Below, piece by piece: positions 9,610-18,081 of a DNA stretch of 64,000 nt; the first letter of the stretch is position 1; every line of letters starts with the position of its first letter. The DNA comes from a bacterium. Lineage in GTDB: Bacteria > UBA8248 > JACPRG01 > G963555815. Under the pieces are notes generated by a model. It saw only the letters and a list, made by a program, of their open reading frames with translations, ran no database searches and had not been told where the DNA came from. Location: the NCBI GenBank assembly GCA_965261595.1, contig CBDHDG010000006.1, positions 608,001-672,000 of the forward strand, written 5' to 3'. Both the position numbers and the translations under genes were made by a program.

Positions 9610-10479
9610 GTGTTCTATGCCCAAATGCTGATCAACAGCCTTCTGCTCGGCGGCATCTACGCGTGTGTGGCCATCGGCTTCTCCCTGGTGTGGGGGGTCA
9701 TGAACATCCTCAACGTCCTTCACGGGACGTTCCTGATGTTGGGCGGCTACATTACATTCTGGCTGTTCCAGCTCTACAGCATCGACCCCTTCATCTCGAT
9801 GCCCCTCACAATGTTGATCATGTTCGGCGTGGGCTATCTGACCCAGTATTGGGTGATCAATCTGGTCATCCGGGCCCCGTTGTTCATCACGCTGATCTTG
9901 ACCTTCGGACTCGAATTGTTCGTGGTGAACATGGCGCTCTATTTCTGGACGGGGGACTACCGGGTCGTCCAGACCGCATACGCCGAGTTCTCCTTCCAAG
10001 TCGCCGGCCTGGTCGTTCCCCTCATTCGCCTGTCGCTTTTCTTCATGGGGTTCCTGCTGACGGGACTTCTGTTCTGGTTCATGGCCAAGACCCGGACCGG
10101 GCGGGCCATCCGCGCCACCCGGATGGATCTGGACGGGGCGCGCCTGATGGGGGTCAACATCGGACGAATTTACGCCATCACCTTCGGTCTGGGCGCGGCC
10201 TTGGCGGGGGCGGCGGGCTCGCTCGTGAGCGTGGGGTTCTCCATCTCGCCCGTGATGGACCTCGAATTCCTGGCCAAGTCCTTCGTCATCTGCATCATCG
10301 GCGGCCTGGGCAACATGATGGGCGCCCTCGTGGGGGGGCTCTTGCTGGGACTCGTCGAGAACTTCGGGGCCTATTATTTCGGCCCCGGTTATCAGAACGC
10401 CATCGGATTCATCATCATGGTCCTGGTCCTGTTCATCCGGCCCGAAGGGTTGCTGGGGAAGGCGGGGTACGCAAAGTAA
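9610..10479 (+). CDS. Branched-chain amino acid-type ABC permease (LivH-like)
   Basis: GFSLVWGVMNILNVLHG, TRTGRAIRA, IIGGLGN. Confidence 0.92.
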   Translation: MFYAQMLINSLLLGGIYACVAIGFSLVWGVMNILNVLHGTFLMLGGYITFWLFQLYSIDPFISMPLTMLIMFGVGYLTQYWVINLVIRAPLFITLILTFGLELFVVNMALYFWTGDYRVVQTAYAEFSFQVAGLVVPLIRLSLFFMGFLLTGLLFWFMAKTRTGRAIRATRMDLDGARLMGVNIGRIYAITFGLGAALAGAAGSLVSVGFSISPVMDLEFLAKSFVICIIGGLGNMMGALVGGLLLGLVENFGAYYFGPGYQNAIGFIIMVLVLFIRPEGLLGKAGYAK

Positions 10480-11472
10480 ATGTTCAGGCCCTGGACGAAA
10501 TTTCAATTGACGGTCTTTGCGCTGGGACTCGTCCTGTTTGCCTTGATTCCGGTTTTCGAGCCCAATGACGAGATCCGGAAATGGTTCGACGTTCTTCTCA
10601 TCGCCATCCTGGCCATGAGCTGGAACTTCATCGGCGGGCTGACCGGATACCCCTCCTTTGCGCCCGCCGCCTTCTTGGGGATAGGTGCCTACATGACGGC
10701 CATCTTCATGAACGCGGGGGTCGGTTTCTTCCCCACGCTGCTCATCGGGGCGTTCGCCGGCGGGCTGGTGGCCTTCGTATTGGGCGTCCCGATTCTTCGC
10801 CTGAGAGGGCACTATTTCGCGATCGCCACCTACGGCGTCGCGGAGGCCATCCGCGAGCTGGCCGAAAATTTCGAGATCACGGGCGGGGGAGAGGGAATCA
10901 ACCTGCCGCTGATCAGCGGCGGCCCCGACTTCTTCACGCGGTACTTCTATTACGCGATGCTCGGGGTCGCGCTCTTGTCCTTTCTGACCCAGTATTGGGT
11001 CACCCGAGGCCGCCTCGGCTTCGGTCTGGTCGCCATCCGGGAGAACGAAGACGCCGCTGCGATGCTGGGCGTGGAGACCACCAAGTACAAGATTTACGCC
11101 TTCGTCCTCTCGGCGATCTATCCGGCCATGGCGGGGGGGGTGTACGCCTACCGCGCGGCCTTCCTGGAGCCGATCGACGTTTTCGACGTCCTGTTCTCCA
11201 TCCGGGCCATCGTCATGTCGCTCATCGGGGGGGCCGGGACCATCATGGGTCCCGTCCTGGGCGCCGCTTTCATCGAGCTCGTGAACGATTATCTCTGGGG
11301 AGCGTTCCTGGAGTTCCACAGCGCGTTCCTCGGGATCGTCATGGTCGTGGTCGTGATCTTCATGCCCAAAGGGTTCTTCTCCCTCTACCAGGGATTTCGG
11401 GCCAAGGGGAAGGGGAGCTGGAAGTCGATCGGGCCGGTTTTGCTCGAGAACATCCGGCGATACCGCGTATGA
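10480..11472 (+). CDS. ABC permease (LivM-like)
   Basis: SWNFIGGLTGYPSF, LRLRGHYFAIAT, AIRENEDAAAMLGV. Confidence 0.92.
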   Translation: MFRPWTKFQLTVFALGLVLFALIPVFEPNDEIRKWFDVLLIAILAMSWNFIGGLTGYPSFAPAAFLGIGAYMTAIFMNAGVGFFPTLLIGAFAGGLVAFVLGVPILRLRGHYFAIATYGVAEAIRELAENFEITGGGEGINLPLISGGPDFFTRYFYYAMLGVALLSFLTQYWVTRGRLGFGLVAIRENEDAAAMLGVETTKYKIYAFVLSAIYPAMAGGVYAYRAAFLEPIDVFDVLFSIRAIVMSLIGGAGTIMGPVLGAAFIELVNDYLWGAFLEFHSAFLGIVMVVVVIFMPKGFFSLYQGFRAKGKGSWKSIGPVLLENIRRYRV

Positions 11473-12233
11473 GCGGAGAAATTCTTCTCGAAGGCAAAGG
11501 CATCACAAAAGGATTCGGGGGACTGACCGCGGTCTCGGACGTGGATTTCAACGTCCGCAAGGGCGAGATCCTCGGTCTCATCGGCCCGAACGGCGCAGGC
11601 AAGACCACCCTGGTCAACTGCATCACCGGGGTCTTCCCCATCTCGAAAGGGACGCTCATCTTCAACGGAACCCGTCTCGACGGTCTGAAACCCCATCAGG
11701 TGACGCGCCTGGGCATCGCCCGCACCTTCCAGATCGTTCAGCCGTTTCCGAGCCTGTCCGCGCTCGACAACGTCTTGATGGGCGCGCTGTTCGGCCACGC
11801 CCACAATGAAAGCACCATCACCCGCGCCAGAGAGATCGCCAGAGAGAAATTGGAATTCGTCGGTCTTTCCCCGATGGCGGATCGGGTCGCCGGGGAGCTC
11901 ACGCTGGTGGAGCGGAAACGACTCGAGCTGGCGAAGTCCCTGGCCACGAGCCCGGAACTGCTGCTCCTGGACGAGGTCAACGCGGGGCTGAACCACACCG
12001 AGACGCAGGAGGCCATCGACCTCATCCGCAGGGTCCGGGACCAGGGGGTCACCATCCTGATCATCGAGCACGTCATGAAGGTGATCATGGGGCTTTCCGA
12101 CCGGGTGTTCGTCCTTCATCACGGTGAAAAAATCGCGGACGGCAACCCACGGGACGTCACCAGCGACAAGGAGGTGATCCGTGCGTATTTGGGGGACAAA
12201 TTCGCCGCCCGCCTTGCTGAAAGCGGCGGATGA
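11469..12233 (+). CDS. ABC ATPase (LivG-like)
   Basis: GLIGPNGAGKTT, GIARTFQ, LLLDE, IIEHVM. Confidence 0.92.
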   Translation: MSGEILLEGKGITKGFGGLTAVSDVDFNVRKGEILGLIGPNGAGKTTLVNCITGVFPISKGTLIFNGTRLDGLKPHQVTRLGIARTFQIVQPFPSLSALDNVLMGALFGHAHNESTITRAREIAREKLEFVGLSPMADRVAGELTLVERKRLELAKSLATSPELLLLDEVNAGLNHTETQEAIDLIRRVRDQGVTILIIEHVMKVIMGLSDRVFVLHHGEKIADGNPRDVTSDKEVIRAYLGDKFAARLAESGG

Positions 12234-12262
12234 GGATCGAATCGCCGGTGAGGGGCCATTCA

Positions 12263-12994
12263 ATGCAAACCACGAACGGATCGCCGCTCCTGAAGGTCGA
12301 GGGCCTCGAATCTGGATACGGAGACATCCAGATTCTTTGGGGGATCGATCTCGAGGTCCATTCCGGTGAGATTATCGCCATTGTCGGAAGCAACGGCGCC
12401 GGAAAAACAACCTTTCTGCGGACCCTCTCCGGCATCTTGACGCCGACAGGAGGCTCTTTCGTATTCGACGGCGAGCCGATGGAGCGCGCAACCTCCGATC
12501 AAATTGTCGAGCAGGGCATCTCTCATGTCCCCGAGGGGCGCCGGCTCTTTCCCGCCATGTCCCTCGAAGACAACCTCCTGATGGGGGCCTATGCCAGGAA
12601 GCTCTCCGCCAAGGAGCTGCAGCCGGACATCGAACGGGTCTTCCAGCACTTCCCCGTTCTGCGGGAGCGGCGGGATCAATTGGCCGGCAGCCTGTCCGGC
12701 GGCGAGCAGCAGATGTGCGCCATCGCCCGCGGGATGATGGCCTCCCCCAAGCTCTTGCTGATCGACGAGCTTTCCCTGGGCCTTGCCCCCCGCATCGTGG
12801 AAGAGCTTTCCGTTATCGTGCAGGGGATCAACGCCGAGGGCGTCACGGTCATCCTGGTCGAGCAGGACGTCTTGACGGCCTTCGAGCTGGCGGGCCGCGC
12901 CTATGTTTTTGAAACCGGCCGAATCACCATGTCAGGGCCCAGCCGGGAATTGATGGAGAACCCGGAAATCAAGCGGTCCTACCTGGGCATGTGA
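12263..12994 (+). CDS. ABC ATPase (LivF-like)
   Basis: GSNGAGKTT, VPEGRRLF, LSGGEQQM, DELSLGLAP; the start could also be 12230. Confidence 0.92.
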   Translation: MQTTNGSPLLKVEGLESGYGDIQILWGIDLEVHSGEIIAIVGSNGAGKTTFLRTLSGILTPTGGSFVFDGEPMERATSDQIVEQGISHVPEGRRLFPAMSLEDNLLMGAYARKLSAKELQPDIERVFQHFPVLRERRDQLAGSLSGGEQQMCAIARGMMASPKLLLIDELSLGLAPRIVEELSVIVQGINAEGVTVILVEQDVLTAFELAGRAYVFETGRITMSGPSRELMENPEIKRSYLGM

Positions 12995-13150
12995 AAACCG
13001 CGCCGGCATCACTCCCGGAAGCCCTGTCCGGGGGCTTTCCCGGGGTCTGACTTCATTGTTCATTCCCCACGAACCTGATATGATCGCTCCATGCATTCCA
13101 GGCGCGGCGCAATTCCCGATGAATCCACGCCGAAAGGGCGGCTCCCGCCG

Positions 13151-15478
13151 ATGACGCCCCTCTCCCTGGTTGGAACAGGCGCACCCCGGATCGACGGCCC
13201 CGGCAAGGCGACGGGGGAGACCCCATATCTCTCCGATATGCAACTGCCGGGAATGCTTCACGCGCGAATCCTCCGCAGCCCCCACGCCCACGCCCGCATC
13301 CTGAAGATCGACACCGCCCGGGCGGCCTCCGCCAAGGGGGTCCGAGCCGTTATCACGGCGGACGACACACCCAAGATCCTTTTCAGCTTCATGCCCGAGC
13401 TGGCCGACAAGCTGCCCCTGTGCGACGAGAAGGTCCGCTTCATCGGGGACGAGGTCGCCGCCGTGGCCGCCGACACCGAAGACACGGCGGAAGAAGCCCT
13501 GTCTCTCATCCGGGTGGATTACGAGCCGCTGCCCGCCGTCTTCGACCCGAAAGAGGCCGTCCGGGACGACGCCCCGCTCGTGCATGAGGGGAAGGCGCGG
13601 AACATCTGCATGGAACTCCACAAGATGTTCGGCGACCCGGAGAAGGGTTTTGCCGAGGCGGACCACATTGTGGAGGACTCCTACGACACCCGGCGCGTCG
13701 CCCATTGCCCCCTGGAAACCCGGAGCTTCATCGCCCGGTGGGAGCGCGCGGGGCATGACTCCCGGCTCAAGATCTGGGCGTCCACGCAGGCCCCGCATGT
13801 TCTCAAGGAAGACATCGCCCGGTGCCTCGGGATGGACTCCCGGCGGATTCAGGTCATCAAGCCGGCCACCGGCGGGGCCTTCGGGAACCGGATGATCATG
13901 GAGATGGGGGCGCCCAGCGCCGTGATTTTGGCGGAGAGAACCGGCCGACCCGTGAAGCTGGCCAACACGCGGACCGACGAATTCCAGATCTCCCGAACCC
14001 GTTTTCCGTATCACATCGAGCTGAAAACCGGATTCCGCTCCGACGGACGCCTGGTGGCCCGCGCGATCCGGATTGATGTGGACAGCGGGGCCTACTCCGA
14101 CAAAGCCGGCCCCACGCTGAGCTTCTCGGGCGCCATGTTCGCCGTTCTCTACAACGTGCCCCACATCCAATTCGACGGCTACGTCGTCTACACCAACCAA
14201 CAACCCGGAACGGCCTTCCGGGGCTTCGGCTGCCCCCAGGTCACCTTCGCCGCCGAGACCCAGATGGACCGCATCGCGAAATTCCTGGAGATGGACCCGC
14301 TGGAGCTGCGCCGGATCAACGCCAACCGGGCGGGGGAGACAAGCGCCTCGGGCGTCACGCTCCCCACCTGCGGCCTGGAGCAATGCATGAAGGAAACCGC
14401 CCGGGCGGCCGGTTGGGCGGAGCACCGGAAAGGACGCAATGAGAATTCCCGCGGCGGCGGCCGCTACCGCCGGGGAATGGGCCTCGCCGTGATGGTCCAC
14501 TCGGGCGGCGGGTCCCGGTATTACGGCTTCAACTCCGCGGGCAGCTTCATCAACGTCTCCCGGGACGGCCAGGTCTTCCTGACCACCCCCGCCAACGACA
14601 CGGGCCAGGGCGCCCTCACCGTGATGGCCCAGGTGGCCGCCGAAGAGCTCGGCGTCCGGATGGAGGACATCCGGGTCGTCTCGGACGACACGGATCTCGT
14701 GCCTTACGACGTCGGAAACTACGGCAGCCGGACCACCTGGGTCTGCGGCCAAGCGGCGAAGGCGGCTGGAGAGGAAGCGCGCCGGCAGATCTTCGAGGCC
14801 GTCGGCAAAGAATGGGAGGTCTCGCCGGAAGACCTGCGCGCCGCCGATTCGAGGATCTTCGCCGTGGGGCGCCCGGAGCAAGGCATGAGCTTTCAGGACG
14901 CGGCCTCAATGATTTACAACAACAACGGCGTCCCCATCACGGCCGAGGGCCGGTTCGAGGACGTGGAGGCGGCCGGCCACGTTGACTGGAGCAACCAGAT
15001 CCCCAACTTCTCCACCGGCTGCCACCTCGTCGAGGTCGAGGTGGATATGGAAACCGGGGCCGTGAGCCTCCTGCGGTTCTTCGCCGCGCACGATGTGGGC
15101 AAGGCGGTGAACCTGCGCGGCGTCGAAGGACAGATCGAGGGCGGCGTCGGCCAGGGTCTCGGCTACGCCTTGTTCGAGGAGCTGGTCCAGGACGCGGGCG
15201 CGGCGGTTAACCCCTCGTTCGTCGACTACAAGATCCCCTGCGCCCTGGACATACACGGCATGGAGACCTTCGTCGTGGAGGACGCGGAGCCGGGGGCGCC
15301 GCTCTACGGCGCCAAGGGGGTCGGCGAGCCGGGCTTGGTCCCGACGGCGGCCGCGGTGGCGAACGCCATCGCCGACGCGACGGGCGTCCAGCTCCACGAG
15401 CTGCCCATGAATCCCGAAAGGGTGTATCGGGCCCTGAGGGAGGCCGAATCGGTCAAGGCGCCCCAAGAAGTCGTTTGA
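13151..15478 (+). CDS. Xanthine dehydrogenase-family molybdopterin-binding (large) subunit
   Basis: LRSPHAHARI, GGAFG, TAFRGFGCPQ, GQIEGG, KGVGEPG. Confidence 0.92.
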   Translation: MTPLSLVGTGAPRIDGPGKATGETPYLSDMQLPGMLHARILRSPHAHARILKIDTARAASAKGVRAVITADDTPKILFSFMPELADKLPLCDEKVRFIGDEVAAVAADTEDTAEEALSLIRVDYEPLPAVFDPKEAVRDDAPLVHEGKARNICMELHKMFGDPEKGFAEADHIVEDSYDTRRVAHCPLETRSFIARWERAGHDSRLKIWASTQAPHVLKEDIARCLGMDSRRIQVIKPATGGAFGNRMIMEMGAPSAVILAERTGRPVKLANTRTDEFQISRTRFPYHIELKTGFRSDGRLVARAIRIDVDSGAYSDKAGPTLSFSGAMFAVLYNVPHIQFDGYVVYTNQQPGTAFRGFGCPQVTFAAETQMDRIAKFLEMDPLELRRINANRAGETSASGVTLPTCGLEQCMKETARAAGWAEHRKGRNENSRGGGRYRRGMGLAVMVHSGGGSRYYGFNSAGSFINVSRDGQVFLTTPANDTGQGALTVMAQVAAEELGVRMEDIRVVSDDTDLVPYDVGNYGSRTTWVCGQAAKAAGEEARRQIFEAVGKEWEVSPEDLRAADSRIFAVGRPEQGMSFQDAASMIYNNNGVPITAEGRFEDVEAAGHVDWSNQIPNFSTGCHLVEVEVDMETGAVSLLRFFAAHDVGKAVNLRGVEGQIEGGVGQGLGYALFEELVQDAGAAVNPSFVDYKIPCALDIHGMETFVVEDAEPGAPLYGAKGVGEPGLVPTAAAVANAIADATGVQLHELPMNPERVYRALREAESVKAPQEVV

Positions 15479-15547
15479 CTAATGGAGGGAAATCCGGGTA
15501 CTGTCATTTTCACTCAAAATGAACTTCTGAACAGGAGGGGGAGACCA

Positions 15548-16777
15548 ATGAAACGTTGTGGTTTGTTCCGAAGCTTGGTTGCACCCGTGTTGGCCGCGGC
15601 CGTTCTGATCGCCGGCGCGGCGTTTGTCGGAGACCGGGCGCAGGCGGCCATGGACGTCATCAAGTTCGGCGCCGCCCTGCCGCTGACCGGTCCGCTGGCC
15701 ACCGAGGGAAACAAGCAGAAAGCCGGTTATGAGATCTGGAAGGACCTGGTGAACAGCCAGGGCGGCATCAATGTCGGCGGCAAGAAGATGAAGGTGGAGA
15801 TCAGGTACTACGACTACGAGAGCAAGACGCCGGTCGCCAGCAAGCTTTACGAGCGGCTGATCACAAAGGACAAGGTGGACTTCCTGTTCGGGCCGTTCGG
15901 AAGCGGGGCCACCGCGTCGGTCGCCGCCTTGACGGAGCGTTACAAGATTCCGATCATCGCGCCGACGGCCAGTTCGGCGAAGCTGTACGCACGGGGATAC
16001 TCCTACCTCTTCGGCCTCCTGGTGCCCAACAACTTCGTCTCGGACAGCTTTTTCGAGTTGGTGACCTCCCAGAACCCCCGCCCGAAAACAATGGCCTTCG
16101 TGACGCGCAACGATTTCTTCCCCAAGGTCATCACGGGCGTTTTCCAGAATGCCGCCAAGAAGTACGGCGTCAAGGACATCTACTACGCCAAGTTCCCCAA
16201 AGACGCCAAGGACATGTCCACCTGGCTGACGATAGTCAAGAGCAAGAACCCCGACCTTCTGATGGTGGCCGGCTACCTGGGCGACTTGATCCTGGTGACA
16301 AAGCAGGCCAAGGAGCTCGGCGTCAATCCCAAGGCCATCTTCATGACCGCCGGACCGGTTTATTCCCAGTTCACCGAGGCCCTGGGCAAAACAGCCGACG
16401 GCATCACGACGGCCTCCTGGTGGGCGGACACCCTGGATTACAAAGGGCGCATCATCGGAACGCCGGACGATTTCAGCAAGATGTGGAGGAAAAAGACCGG
16501 CAAGGAGGCCGATTACGTCTCCGCCGCTTCCACCGCCAGCGGCGTGGTCTACCAGATCGCCATCGAGAAGGTGGGAAGCCTGGATAAGAAAAAAATCCGG
16601 GCTGCCCTGGCCGCGATGAACGAGATGACGTTCTACGGCCGGGTCAAGTTCAATAAGAACGGCCAGAACATCGGGAGCATCGTCCCGGTGATCCAGATCC
16701 AGAAGGGGAAGCGGCTTCCCGTATCCCCCAAGAACATGGCCCAGGGCAAGTATCAGTATCCCAAGCCGAAGTTCTAA
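15548..16777 (+). CDS. ABC substrate-binding protein (Liv/PBP type 1)
   Basis: Signal peptide, IKFGAALPLTGPLA, VNSQGGI, DKVDFLFGPFGS. Confidence 0.9.
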   Translation: MKRCGLFRSLVAPVLAAAVLIAGAAFVGDRAQAAMDVIKFGAALPLTGPLATEGNKQKAGYEIWKDLVNSQGGINVGGKKMKVEIRYYDYESKTPVASKLYERLITKDKVDFLFGPFGSGATASVAALTERYKIPIIAPTASSAKLYARGYSYLFGLLVPNNFVSDSFFELVTSQNPRPKTMAFVTRNDFFPKVITGVFQNAAKKYGVKDIYYAKFPKDAKDMSTWLTIVKSKNPDLLMVAGYLGDLILVTKQAKELGVNPKAIFMTAGPVYSQFTEALGKTADGITTASWWADTLDYKGRIIGTPDDFSKMWRKKTGKEADYVSAASTASGVVYQIAIEKVGSLDKKKIRAALAAMNEMTFYGRVKFNKNGQNIGSIVPVIQIQKGKRLPVSPKNMAQGKYQYPKPKF

Positions 16778-16789
16778 GCCGCAATCCCG

Positions 16790-16825
16790 AGCCCCCGCCC
16801 CTCTCTTGGGGGCGGGGGCTTTTTT
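16790..16825 (+). terminator. Intrinsic terminator
   Basis: AGCCCCCGCCCC/GGGGCGGGGGCT stem followed by a T run. Confidence 0.85.
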
Positions 16826-16946
16826 ATTTTCGGGCGTCGCGCGCGAGAAGGGGGAACTGTAGCCCGGGAGCCCCAGGCCTGGAGGGCCTCGGGCCCGGAG
16901 GGCTCCGGCCCGCTCCATCCGCCACGCCCGCTCCGGAGAGACGCCG

Positions 16947-17780
16947 ATGACGACGATCCGCCTGCTGGAAGAGGAGGAGATCCGCCGCGCCGCGCCCGAA
17001 ACCGTCGATCAGATCCTGGCCGCCGAGAAGGCCCGGTGGGGGATTCCCAAGCTCGCCAACATCTGGCGCTGCATGGGACACCAGCCCGAGTACCTGGAGG
17101 TCACGTGGAAGAAGGCGAAGTCCGTCCGCCAGCCCGGGAAATTGTCCAACCTGACGCGGGAGATGATCGCCTCGGCCGTCTCGGCCGCCAACGGGTGCCG
17201 CTACTGAACGGACTCCCACGTCGCCGCCGTGATGCGGATGGGAAAGGGAGAACGGGCGGTTACGGAGCTGATATCCATCGTGGACCTGGTGAGCGGGCTT
17301 TCCAAGGCCGCGCTCGGAGCGGGGCTCTACGCGCCGGAGGCGGAGGGGGTGACACCGCCGGGGATGATCCTGGGGCTTGTGGACGAGGAGAGCGCCAAGG
17401 GCCGGGTCGCCAAGGTCTTCGGGGAGATTCGAGAGCGCGAGGCGGAGCGTCTCGGACGGGACACCATACCGCTCTTTTGGCGGGCCATCGCCCACCGGCC
17501 GCTCTACCTCGAAGCCGCCTGGAACCGCTCGAAGGTTCTGCTCGCCGAGGGCGAGATCACCCTCAAGGAGAAGGAAATCCTCGGCTACACCGTCGCCGCC
17601 AACGTCGGCAGCCACTACTTCGGCCACGAGCACGCCACCGCCCTGCGCCGGCTGGGGATGGACGACTCCGCCCTGGTCGAGGTCCTGGCCGTCGTGGACT
17701 ATTTTGAAGGGCTCAACCGCGTGAGCGAGGGCATGGACATCGAGTCGGATATCGCGCCGTATCGGGAGTATGAGAAATGA
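16947..17780 (+). CDS. Two-domain AhpD/carboxymuconolactone decarboxylase-family protein; probable selenoprotein (TGA 17205-17207 = Sec87)
   Basis: ORFs 16947-17207 and 17229-17780 are in the same frame. Read-through gives VSAANGCRY-U-TDSH, the CxxCxxxH motif of AhpD-like proteins. A SECIS-like hairpin follows. Confidence 0.8.
17214..17243 (+). promoter_or_regulatory. Putative bacterial SECIS element
   Basis: UCCCA/UGGGA lower stem, CCGC/GCGG upper stem, apical loop CGUGAU starting 21 nt after the UGA. Confidence 0.6.
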
Positions 17781-18081
17781 TACCTTTGGGATTTGGGGGA
17801 TCGTGACCAATACCGCCACAGAACTCTAAACCAAATGCGAGTTGGCCCATCCATCTTCCATATACGCTTTTTCAATCGAAGACCCGCGTCCATGCTAACG
17901 CTGCCCAATGCATGTCAACCAGCCACACCAACCAGCTCATGCCAACCGGCTATATTGAAGAGATATGCTAAATCCTATCTTTCATCCACAGGTTTCTCCT
18001 TCCACTTTACCTGATCATCCCCCCAAAACTTAGGCATCCAAAATCTCATTTCTTTGTTATTAAAATCGCCATGTTTGACAG

